Shown here one piece after another: positions 12,203 to 24,400 of a DNA stretch of 64,000 nt. The DNA comes from Selaginella moellendorffii (Eukaryota; Plantae; Lycopodiophyta): the NCBI RefSeq assembly GCF_000143415.4, contig NW_003314275.1:496001-560000 (forward strand), written 5' to 3'. A program made the translations under genes and the position numbers. Each line of letters opens with the position of its first letter. Within the stretch, counting starts at the first letter, position 1. Under the pieces are notes generated by a model. It made no database searches. It had not been told where the DNA came from and was given only the letters and a program-made list of their open reading frames with translations.

Positions 12203-15200
12203 ATGGCACAGCCTGCCAACGCAAGGATGAAGTATCCAACGTTTACACAGACTGACGATCCAGACACTCACGTAACTGCTTTTGAAAACGTCAGCACAGC
12301 AAATCAGGAGCAGGCAGATGCTGTGAGAGTCCGTCTGTTTCTGGCGACGTTGCTGGGAGCAGCAGCAGAATGGTATGGTCAGGCGAATGCAGCAGCAGCC
12401 TTTGCAGCCTGGGCAGACCTCAAAACGGCATTTCTCAATGCTTTCCGTCCTATGGGATTCAAGCAGCGTATCAATGATGAGCTAAATTCAATTCAATTGT
12501 TACCTGGAGAGACATTGCAAAATTATGTTCTTCGCTACAAGAGGCTGCTCGCGAGGAAAGATCCACAGCCTGCTGTTGACGACCAAGTCCGCTGGTTCTT
12601 GAATGGGTTGCCATTTGAAATCGGGTTCCACGTGAAGGTGCAAAGACCGGCAGATTTGAACGCAGCAGTGGAGCACGCAGCAACATGGGAACAGGCCCGG
12701 ATGTCATCACGGAATATTGCAGCTGCAGCTCCACCAGTAACATATGGTAACTTGTTCTCACCGAATATTGCACAGTACCAGACTGGTGTGCTTGGAGCCG
12801 TAGCAGCTCCACCTTTGATTCCGGTCCAGCCGTCAGTTCTCCAGTTACCTGCAGTAAACACGACCGGATTTGAGAGCCAACTCACGAAAGTGAAAGAAGA
12901 TGTGGTGGAGACACTTACCAAGAAGATGGCGGAACTCCAAGTGAGTTTGGTTCAAGGTTTGGGAGCTCCAACTCGGCCGGGGCATGAGAGAGCTGAGATC
13001 TGGTGCATTAAGTGTCAAGGATATGGCCACTATCCTAGTGAGTGTCCGAATCTGGTTCCGGTAAAAGCTCCTTGTCCGTATTGTGGGAAGTTCGGCCACA
13101 AGCCTGAGAAGTGCTTTTTTCATCCAGCTCGTGTGACGCCCAAGTTCCAGCAGCAACTTGTAGTCACAAGCTATTATGTTCAACCACAATTTCCACAGCA
13201 GCACGTTCAACCACAATTTCACCATCAACAACAATTTCCACAGCAGCAGGTTCAGCACCAGCAGTATGAGACGTACCCGGTTTTTAACGTAGGAGCTCCA
13301 GGGGCCGTGCAGAACTCGGGGCCAATGCTGCAGCAGACTGCCGGTGGAGGGCGAGGTGGCGGCCGGATGGGAATGTTCGGAGGCAGAGGCCGAGGCCGAG
13401 GCCGAGGTCCGATAGTGTGCTACCGGTGTGGGGAACCTGGACATATCGCGCCAAACTGTCCGAATGCACAGAAGTCTGAAGAGTATCAGCCAATCTGTGG
13501 GATATGCCAGACACAGGGACTTCATCGGCAGGAGGATTGCCCCTACCGCTTGCAAGTGCCAAATCAGTGTCAAAATCAGGACAAGGGAAAAGAGGTGGTG
13601 GATACTAAAGCCATTTTCGTGAATTCTGAAGAGTTACAAGCGGACACACCTGTGTGGAATGTCAACACACGAGCACAGTTGCAGCGGAGGGACCGCGGGT
13701 TGTACATTCGAGATGAGCCGAGAACAAGGGCTGAACAGGGAATTGAGCGGACGCATACTCAGGAGGATCCAGAGATGATAGCTCGCCAAAACAGGAAGGA
13801 GCAGCGCCACAAGGAAAAAATGGGGATCGACTTAGGTCTGGAAGGAGGCGGTATTCAGGATGCGCCGATAGCCGATGGCGGAGATCTCGCAAAGAATATC
13901 ACGGGGACTATTCAGTGCCCTAATGACGGCAAGGAAACGGACGCGAACCAGGTGAGTGGTGGAATGGATCCGCAAGAGGTTATGAGGAAGGTGGGCATCT
14001 CGACGCCGCAGCGGCTGGCAGAGGTATTCAAGGAACATTTTGGGGGTGAGCCGTTGAAGATGGGCCAGCGGAGATCTCGCCGGTATAAGCAGGTGCTGAA
14101 TCTAGAAACTCAGCCCTACGATGTGCTCAAGGACTTAGAGAATCAGAAGCCGAGTATCACATTTGCACAATTACTACGGTTGGCACCAAGTCTGAGGAAA
14201 GTGATGGCCACAGCAGTTAAGGCCCATCGAGAGGTGGTAGTGAATGCAGCATGGCCAATGATCGAAGCAGAGAATCCGATTATAGATGCAGAGATTTCAG
14301 GTCAGCACTTGAAGGGGTGCGTGATTGACGGAGGTGCTGCCATCAACGTAATGCCTGAGCAAATGGTGTCGAAACTTGGGTTGGAGCAGCCGTCTCCAGT
14401 TTATTTTCGTGTCCGTATGGCGAACCATTCTCGCTCGAGACCGGTTGGTGTACTTACTGGGGTGAAGACGGAGATTGCCGGTTTTATCTTTTATGTTGAT
14501 TACGTGGTGCTGAGGATGGTTGGACACGAGCTGGATTATCCAATTCTTTTGGGAAGACCGTGGCTGTTACAGGCCTGGGCAGATCAGAGCTGGCCGAAGG
14601 GGACTATTACGATTGGAGATGGAAACAAGTCGCGCACTATCCAAGTTCGGACAAGGAAGAGGCCGGCCTGGACTCCAGTAGCGTGTGAGCTGATAGTGGA
14701 TGGGATCGATGACAGCAGTGATACCACGACTGGATCAGAAGCAGGAGAGCGTATGAGTGAGGTGTGTTCAGAGCAGAGTCGTTCGAATGATGAGAGTTCA
14801 GTGGAGGTTGCAGCTGTGGAGCCCTGCTCCGGCTACGACGCCCTGCTGCTGTCACCTTTTGAAGATGGAACAGCGAGCGATTGACTCAAGCATTGGTTGT
14901 TTGGTGGTGATGTGAGCTGTGGAATGGTTCAAGTAGAGGACTTGGAGCCAGTAGTGGAGCAGGAACGACTGCAGCAGTTTCCCTGCCATTTTTATTCTGA
15001 AGTTATAGATGGTTCCATTCCAGAGATTGATGAAGAGCCAGCGATCCAGTCTGGAGGACGAGGTAGTAGCCGATACACAGCTCAGCCAACTGTCGAAGAG
15101 ATGAACCTCGGATCAGCCGAGGAGGAAAAGGTGGTGAAGGTCGGAGCTAACTTGCCGGTCCAAGTTAAGGAGAGGTTGAGGCGCCTCTTTTACAGGTACC

Positions 15201-17960
15201 TCGACGTGTTTGCATGGTCTTATAGAGACATGCGAGGTGTGGATGTGAAGCTGGCTCAGCACCGGATCATTCTTAAGCCAGGAGCAGTGCCTATTCGGCA
15301 GCGGCCGTATAGGATGAACCCGAATTACTCCAAGACTGTTCGAGAGGAGCTGGAGAAGTTGCTGCGAGCTGGGTTTATTTATGAGGTGGAAACGAGCCAG
15401 TGGCTGTCTCCGATTGTGGTGGTGCCAAAAAAGAATGGTCAGCTGCGAGTCTGTGTGGATTATTGGAAGCTGAACGAGGTGACTGAGAAGGATGGCTTCC
15501 CTCTGCCCTTTACCGACACGGTACTTGATGCTGTGGCGGGACACGAGCTTTATTCCTTCCTCGACGGATTCAGCGGCTATAACCAGGTGCAGATAGCAGA
15601 AGAGGATCAGCTCAAAACCACGTTTGTGACTGAGTGGGGCTGCTACGCCTACAAAGTTATGCCCTTCGGCCTGTGTAATGCACCTGCTACCTTTCAGCGG
15701 GTTGTCACAGCAGCTTTCCAGCCGTACATGCGAGAGTTTATGGAAGTATTCCTTGACGACTTCAGTGTCTATGGGAGTGAGTTGGCGCATGAAGGCCTTC
15801 TCGAGAAGTGTTTTGAACGCTGTCAGCACTATGGGATTTCTCTCAACCCGTTCAAGTGTCAGTTATGGGTAACGCATGGAGTGCTGCTGGGTCAGATAGT
15901 GTCAAGAGAAGGTTTAGCTGTTGATCCGGCCAAGACGCAGGTGATCATGCAGCTGGTGTCACCAGAGACTGTGAAGCAATTGCAGGCATTTCTTGGGCAT
16001 GTGGGATATCACCGCCGTTTCGTGAGGAACTTTGCCGAGAAAGCTCTACCCTTGACTAGCCTGCTGAAGAAGGGGGCTAAATATGAGTGGACAACTGCAT
16101 GTGAGGCGGCCTTCCAACGCTTGAAACTGGCACTGGTAAACGCGCCGATTTTGAAGATGCCAGATTGGAACCTAGAGTTTCACGTTCATGTGGATGCATC
16201 AGCAGTGGCCATTGGTGTGGTGCTGTGTCAACGCTCAGATGGACGAGCAAATCATCCAATATGTTACAGCAGCCGTCAACTTTCAACGGCTGAGAAGAGC
16301 TATTCAGCAATTGAGAGGGAAGGACTTGGCATGATCTATGCGATCCAGCAATATCGGCATTATCTACTCGGCAAGGAGTTCGTATTTTTCCTCGATCATC
16401 AGGCATTGAAGTATTTAATAGGGAAGCCATGCAAGACAGGAAGAATCACACGTTGGCTGTTACTACTCCAGGAATTTCAGTTCCGGATTGTGTTGAAACC
16501 TGGAAGCAGCCATCAGATGCCAGATCACTTATCGAGGCTGCCACCACAGGACAGTGATGAGGAAGTAGGCGTACAGGATGATTTGCCAGATGCACCTATC
16601 TTCCAATTTGAAACAGTGCCGGACTGGTATGCCGAGATGGTTAAGTTCCTTGGCAATGGCGAGTATCCGGCAGGGTTGAATAACCGGCAGAAGCGACGGC
16701 TTCTGTTGCAGAGCCGACTCTATACGATGGTTGGCGGTGTATTATACCGGATTGGACGAGATAGCGTACTGAGGCGGTGTTTGCTACCACATGAGACGAC
16801 TAAGGTGATAGCGGCATGCCATGACTCGTCATATGGAGGCCACTTTGGAACAGAAGCGACGGTGGAGATTATTTGTAGAGCTGGATATTGGTGGCCAACA
16901 TTGAGGAAGGAGGTTACGTACTATGTCAAAACCTGTGACCCTTGTCAGCGAGCAGGGAAGCCTGATAAGCGTGACTACCAGCCTCTTCATCCACTGTTGC
17001 CAGTGATGCTGTTTGAAAAATGGGGGATTGATTTTTGCGGACCGTTTCCTCCAGCTCGACGGACAGGTTATAAGTATGTACTGGTCTGCACTGATTACGT
17101 TACAAAATGGTCTGAGGTGAAGGCTCTACGGGAGGATACTGGTAAGAAGGTTGCGGACTTTATGAGCAGATAATTACACGGTTTGGAGTTCCCCTCGAAC
17201 TGGTGAGTGATCGGGGTACACACTTCTTGAACGAGGCGGTGGCAGCACTGACAGAAACTTATGGAGTTTATCACTCGAAGTCTACTCCTTACTACCCGCA
17301 TTGCAATGGTCAAGTGGAGCGTACAAATGGAACTCTTTGCCGGATTGTTACTAAGACCTGCTCAGCTTCTCGGACAGATTGGGATAAGTGCCTTTTGGAT
17401 GCAGTCTGGGCGTATCGAGTTGCTTTAAGGTGACCACTCGGTTCTCACCTTTTCAGTTGGTTTATGGGCAGGAAGCCTTATTGCCGGTGGAGCTTGAAGT
17501 TCCAGCCTTGAGGACGGCTGTAGAGCATGCTATGGACTGGGACGGTGCCATACAGCAGAGGCTGAACGAGCTAGAACGATTGGATGAGACGAGGCTGCTG
17601 GCATTTCAAGCTAGAGAGGCATTGCAGAAGCGGAGAAAGAAATGGCATGATGATCACATTCGAGAGCGAAAGTTTGCAATAGGGGATTTGGTGCTGCTGT
17701 ATGACAGCAAGTTTTGGAAGCGGCCAGGAAAACTCAAGATACGGTGGCTGGGCCCTTACGTGGTGGTGAATGTCAACGACAATGGCTCGGTGCAGGTGGC
17801 AGATTTGAGTGGAAACCTGCTGCCAACGCGGATCAATGGTTTCCGATTGAAGAAGTACCATCCACGTTCAAATGATGAAACAGCCGGAGCTGAGCGAGAG
17901 TCCAATGTGTTGGAGCCATCCGAATCAGAGTCGAGGATGACCAGAGCTGAGGCCAGCTGA
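12203..17960 (+). pseudogene. gag-pol of element C
   Basis: Gag with four zinc-knuckle-like motifs, protease VIDGGAAIN, RT VFLDDF, RNase H VDAS, integrase HHCC, WGIDF and GPY. One in-frame TGA (14882-14884) and two frameshifts (~17170, ~17425). Confidence 0.95.
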
Positions 17961-20900
17961 GAGCTGTGGTTGTAGCTGAATGGGGAATTCCAGAATCGAA
18001 TGGAGGTATGTTGGTGTTTTCATTTAAGAATAAGCGTAGAAGATGCAGGTAGAGTTAGCTGCACGTCCTTGAGAGGAGCAGCTGAAGGGGGAGATTTTAT
18101 GAGTTCAGGTGTGGAGCGCCAGGAGGATTTATTTTTGGAGGCTGTAGACGTCAGTGGAGGCGAGCTCAGCAATAGTGTAGGAGAAGAGAGTTGAAAGAGG
18201 CAGAGTGTTGCCGTGTGAGAAGTCAAATGGAGCCAAGTTGAGTGGTGTCCGAGGAAAGTGTAGCAGAGTTGGGTTTGAACCAGTCAAGAAGTCAGTGGTT
18301 AATGGCAATCAGCGTGCCGAGGGCGGCGCGAGTATCAGGGTGGTATGGTATCAACCGTATATACGGTCGTATTTTCATACTTGAGGTTGCTTTTGTGAGT
18401 ACTGACGTATTTCTAAGTTAGAAAAAAGGTGAAAATTGAAGAAGCTCGCTGAAGAAGCTTCCTATGAATATTTCGTCTAGAGAGAGAAAAAGTGACGGAT
18501 TTCAGAAGTGAGAATTTGAAGAAGTTGTCTCTATGAAGTTGAAGATCTGATCAAGGGCAGTTCTTTGGTGGTGAAATCAAGTCGATCAGAGTTGTGGATG
18601 AAAAGTTATTAGCTGGGAAAGTTTCAGCCATTGGTTAGTGTTTAAGTTTTTGGGAGTTTGAAATTAGGGACGGCCATTCAGTTATTTTACAGTTCTTGTT
18701 TTCTCTCGGGTTCTGGAGTTCTCTTGGCTCGAAGATGGTGAGACCTCCTATAGGCCGTCGAGATCCCGTCGCCGATCGCGTCACCAATAACATGCGGATA
18801 AGGCGTGCGATCGAGGAGCTGAGAATTCAAGAGGAGCAGCAAATTCCAACTACCTGTCCAACCTGTGGTCAAGTGTGGTACCGTTACTTACGTGTGATCA
18901 TAGAAGAGTTACTGCAGGCCCAGCGCACTCAATATGAGTGATTTGTAGTTACTGCTGAAATACAAGCCCTAGGGGAGTCTTTCCCGTCTTTCTTGGTTGT
19001 CGTGTATTTTTTCCCACAATGACCCCATTGAAACATTCAAATTTCCCACAATACAAACTAGCATTCCATTTATGAAAGGTGTTCAATTAGCACTTTGTCT
19101 CCTTCACGCTACCATATGCATATTTCATTTGCTTTTGCCTCGTATTCCTCTTTAGTTAGTGCATCCATCCATTCCTGACAAAGTTGTTTGAACTTGTAAT
19201 AGAAGTCAAATTTGATGCATCGGCAATGTTTATTAACACTCTTTGCCCAATGAAATTCATGACTCTTCTCTCTACCTTGTAATAGTTGACTTTTATCACC
19301 TTCAAATACTTGTTATATATCCAATTAGTTAGCACTAGCAGCATCTGCTATGAAACCATAGAAGTTGGGTTTCTTCCCAGTTCGCTGTTCAACAACCTCG
19401 GACATACATGTCCAAAAGATGGTTTATGTTTGAAAATTTTGAACCTTGAATTCGGTTATACCTATAGTCAAGTTGCACTACAACCTATAGAAGGAATGAT
19501 TATAATGTAAATCAGTATAAAATCCTTAAAAAATGAATAACCACTTATTTGTGATCATAAACATGAGCTCCCATAGTTGACTAGCCTGAAACTCGTTCCA
19601 TGTGGTCGAAATAGATCTAAGAATTAGCCAAGTCCCTATCTCCATCCATATCCAATTGTTATACAAGGTCCACACTAGAAACAGGACTAAGGGTAAACAT
19701 CTTAAAGATGAAAGGGTGTTGATTGTTCGAAGTCACTTGGCCAACAAACAAACTCCCATGAATAAACTCATAGGGACATTTTCTTTTTAGCTCCAAAATC
19801 TCATCTAATCCAGATTGAAGCTTTCCATCTCACCCTTCTCACATCCAGTTCTTTATTCTACAAAAAAAAGAGTGTTATTAGTGATAAAGTAGAGTTAAGT
19901 ATTAATTATACCTGTTTAAATTTGTCATGGGTTCTATATTTCGAAATAGGTCCTTCAAGCTGTTCTCCGTGAACTCTTTTTTCCTATCAGATTGTAGCAA
20001 CATGTCCACCACATAGTCCTTTAGTACAGACTATTGAACACACTTTGGAGTTGTAGCACTTTTCTTCCCAGCCTTTGTAGTAACAGCAGCCTTCAAATTG
20101 TAAAAAGAATCACAGCGGATTCCTTCCTCTATTGCATGTTGGTGGTATCCAACATGCACTGTTGATCTGCCTAAACATCCATCCCATGGAAGAAAATAAT
20201 ACATTTTCGCATCGCAACATACTTGACACACAGGTGTTGCCCCATATTTGCAACATCTAAACCCTATAGCAAACTTATCATGCCTAGGGGGATTGATTGC
20301 TGAGCCTTCAAAGAAACACATATTCTTGCCATGATCAGAAATGCATTTCTTAGTGACATACTAAAGCTGTCCACCAGAATTGACTATGGACACAGATCCA
20401 TTGAAATGAGAGAAGTGGGTTGTCTTTACTCTGCACCAATAATGTGGATCAAGACGCATCTCCATACCCCTTTTCCTACTTGACAAATTGGTCAGTGGAA
20501 ACTCGAAGAATATATTCCCATTATAGGAAGAAAGAAGCTCCTCACCTCTCATGTACTCGAACTCCTTCAATTCTAGCCATAATGATCGAGATTGCTGAAA
20601 TGCCTTATCCACCACTTCAAAAACTGGTCCAGAAGGAACGCACCCTACTTGTCTGGGAAGCTATGTCGGGAACCTCATCTTCTTCATTTTCGTCACTAGA
20701 GATAATAACAACTTCATCTTTCACTCCTTGCACAATTGACTGTGAAACTGATGTGCTCTCCTCTCCTTGCTTTGAAGATCCTGTAAATAAAATCTCTTGA
20801 CCAGTACATCTATCAAGATCCCATTGAATCCCATTCTCTCCCATACCACTGTCGAGAAGAATGGATTTTTCAATCTGATTACCCTTATCATGACATACAT

Positions 20901-21488
20901 TTTCCAAACTAATTGATCCCGGTTTCAACTTGAATCTTCTGCAGAGGAAGATCTCTCCTATAACACTCTTAGAGAAAACAATTAGAGGCTCTTGATTGAA
21001 CTTCAAATAGAATTCTCTCATATCTTCTCCTTGCTCAAGCACTTAGAAATAAATTGGGGAGAAACTGATAAGAAAGAACAAAGATATTCTTTTGTATTAT
21101 GAGCATTAATTAGTTGTGTCCTTGCAAAGGACAAGTTAATTATTTTAACAAAATATACAACTGTTTAGAATCTAGAGAGATATGAGAATCTTAAAGAGCC
21201 ACCCATATTAATTGTATAATTGATTGTGAGAGGAATAATATTGTTGAAATGTGTAGCGCACCTTATCTCTCTCCCCTTAAGCCAACTGGAAAAGGGGCAA
21301 TTGCTTGATGAGAGAGCCCTTAGTGGCTATTTTATCCCCATTTATCCCCCAAGGTTCCAAGGATCCACGGTGACAGTATATCCAAATCTCATCCCATGAT
21401 CACATGCGCTACACTATGAATGTGGTTATGAGCGAGAAGCACTAGTCAATCACAAAAGTTGTAGCATTGATTGTTTGTTCTCCCTCTC

Positions 21489-24400
21489 TGTTAGGTGCCA
21501 ACTTTGACTACGTGGTCAACGTCAGTCAAAGGGAGGCTCAAGGGTATATTAAGGCATGTTAGGATAATGGACTTAACTTACCTAGGGGCTCATAGTGGAG
21601 CGGCAGGCAGTGGAGCTTTTGAGGTAGCTCGGGGGTGGTTGGGTGGTGAGGAACCTCAAGAGGTGGCATAGCATAGTCTAGGGTGACAAGATCTCTATTT
21701 TTTTTGCGCCGGATCATAACATTGGTATCAGAGAAGTTGGTTGCAATGGCTGACCAAGCTGAACACTGGAATCCTATTGTCGATGGTGGTGCCGACGAAG
21801 CTGTGGAGATTTGGACTATTCAAGATGTGGTTCATGAGCTGCGAGCCCTTAATCGAAATTAGCAAGAGATGCAAGATGAGATGCATGGCATGATGGACAC
21901 CATGCGTAGGCGTGTTGAGGCACTTGAGGCTGGATGGGGTAGCGCTCCAAGTAAGCCTTCTTTGGTAGATCGATTCAAGATTCCAACTTTTCTGGTGATG
22001 GTGGTGTGGACGAGTGTCTTGCTTAGCTAGCCAATGTGAAGAAGTTCTTGGCTGCTAGAAGAACTCCAGATGCAGAGGCTTTAGTGGCTATTCCGATAGT
22101 TTTGTGTGATGTGGGTCTTCGATGGTGGAATTGGCTTGAGGAGTCCTGTGTTGCGGATAAGAAACCACCAGTGTCTATCATGGATGAGTTTGAGGTTGCT
22201 TTTTGTTTACGTTTTGCCCCTCATTATGACGTGGAGAATGCTCGTATAGAACTTCGACATTTCCAGCAAGGGAAAATGACGCTCAGGGACTATATTGAGA
22301 AGCTTACTCACTTGATTAGTTGTATTCTAATGAAGGATCCAAATCAAAACAAGTCCTATTTCATTGATGGCCTACATAGTGAGAGCATGCGGCAACATTT
22401 GCGTCATTCTCAGCCTACAAAGAGTTTGGAGGAGCTCTTTGATGCAGCTCGTCGACTTGACAATGACAAGCACAAGTCTCGCAAGCGTTCACGGAGTCTT
22501 TCTATCGAGAATTGTTATGATGATCACTGTGGACACAAGGATGGGAACAAGCATCACAAGTTGAAGTCGGTGGTGACTACTTCAGATGCAAAGGGGTCCA
22601 AGAAGCAGAAGTTCTTTGTGAAGAATTATAGACAGGGTTGTCATCATTGCGGCGAACTTAAACACTATAAGGCTGATTGTCCGGAGTTGAAGAATAAGTA
22701 ACAGGACAAGAAGAATGGCCAATCTTCTTCTCACGGTAAGTCAGATACTAAAAAGTTGCAAACTTTGCAGTGTGAGGATGAGGAAAATGACCATTCCGGT
22801 CGGAGGAAGCGACTTTCGATCGTTGCTCGTCAGCCCAACTGTGTGTGGAACAAGATGGAGCTCAAGGATATGCGTGAATCAGCTTTAATGCTAGAGGGCG
22901 TGTTCCGTGGTGATCCAATGCGGATTTTACTAGATAGTGGGAGCGATGACAACTTTGTTTCGGCAAAGTTTGTTGCGGAGCATAGCCTAGTCACACGTGG
23001 AGTTCTTCCATACATAGTGGAAGGTGCAACTACCTCTACTTAGCATTTCGATGCTTGTATCGAGCGGCTGAAAGTGTTGGTTGGCAAAACCACACTTGTG
23101 GAGACTTTTTATCTCGCGGATATCCATCGTGTGGATCTCATTTTTGGGATGCCATGGTTGGTGAAGGTGGATCCCAAGATAAAGTGGAGTATTAAACGTA
23201 TCTTGCTGGAGTATGGTGGCATTAAAGATGTGTGGTTTGGCAAGGGCGTTCAACCACTAGTTGTTATGCTCTTTGCTACATCTTTGAAGCGGGCTTGTCG
23301 TAATGGAAAAGCATTTTCAAGTTACTTGCTGTTTGTTTATGACTTGGGGGATCCAGGCATGTGTGGGGGAGAAGCAGCAATATGGGATGTACTTGACGAG
23401 TTTTCTGATGTTTTTCCATCTGAACTTCCTCATTGGATTGCCAGGTGTGGAGCATGGGATTACATTGGAGCTGGGGACGCGGCCAATTTACTGGCGTCCA
23501 TTTCGGTTAAGTTATGCGGAGGAGCAAGAAGTTCAACGACAAGTCAAAGAGTTACTTGAGTTTGGATTTATTTAGCCAAGTAAGTCTCTGTTTGGTGCTC
23601 CAATCTTGCTTGTGAAGAAGAAGGACGGTTCAATGTGGATGTGTATTGAGTACCGCACTTTAAACAAGAAGACAGTGAAGGATAAGATTCCGATGCCACG
23701 TGTGGATGATATCCTGGACAAGCTTGGTGAAGCACGAGTGTTTACCAAGATTGATCTGAGGAGTGGATATCATCAGATTGAGTTATGCCGTTTGGTTTGA
23801 CGAATGCACCGGCCACATTTACTCGGTTGATGACGGAGGTATTTAGGCGTTATCTTCATGAGTTTGTTGAGATTTTCTTGGACGATATTCTTGTTTTTAG
23901 CAAGAATATGGAGGAGCATAGGTACATTTGCGCAAGGTTCTTTTGTTACTTCGAGATAGCAAACTTTATGTGAAGAAGAGGAAATGTGAATTTGCAAAGT
24001 CGGAGGTGGAATATCTAGGCCATATTATGACATCTAAGGGTGTCAAGACGGATCCAAGGAAGGTGGCTATGGTGGAAAATTGGCTTACACCAACTATAGT
24101 GGCCGAGTTGCGCAGTTTTCTTGGTATAGCTAGTTACTACCGATGTTTTCAACATAAGTTTGTAGAGGTGGCTATTCCTTTGACGCGGTTGTTACGCAAG
24201 AATGTGCCATTCGAATGGAAGAAGCCACAAGAGGAGAGTTTTGTGGCGCTGAAACGATTGTTGAGCGAGACTCTAGTGCTTCGCATTGCTGATCCATCGA
24301 AACCTTACGAGGTGACATGCGATGCGAGTGGTTATGCATTGGGAGGAGTTCTCATGCAAGAGGGACAGCCTATTGCATATGAGAGTCGAACTTTGAATTC

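Larger units (their letters stand above)
11187..19018 (+). mobile_element. Full-length young non-chromovirus Ty3/gypsy element C (7832 bp)
   Basis: 670-bp LTRs at 11187-11856 and 18349-19018 (about 6 differences by eye); TSD ATGAC at 11182-11186 and 19019-19023; gag-PR-RT-RH-INT order. Confidence 0.97.
10520..21042 (-). pseudogene. MULE-type DDE transposase with an N-terminal Cys/His-rich GCM/WRKY-like region; intron-containing, interrupted by element C
   Basis: Manual translation gives RCCKYG..VCQVCCDAKMY..VHVGYHQH; IYFDHMERVSG*STMGAHVYD (D at 19605-19607); FYGFIADAASAN (D at 19343-19345); GREKSHEFHW (CxxH position); QWGH|YTLH across the insertion; NLPESKH (E at 11064-11066). Several premature stops. 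Confidence 0.85.

Noticed and set aside
14882-14884. Programmed readthrough between gag-PR and RT in element C
   Set aside because: More simply a single substitution (e.g. TGG or CGA to TGA); the element also has two frameshifts and no recognised readthrough context.
12471-17861. Antisense ORFs within element C and the other pol genes
   Set aside because: Shadow ORFs of GC-rich coding sequence with no recognisable motifs.
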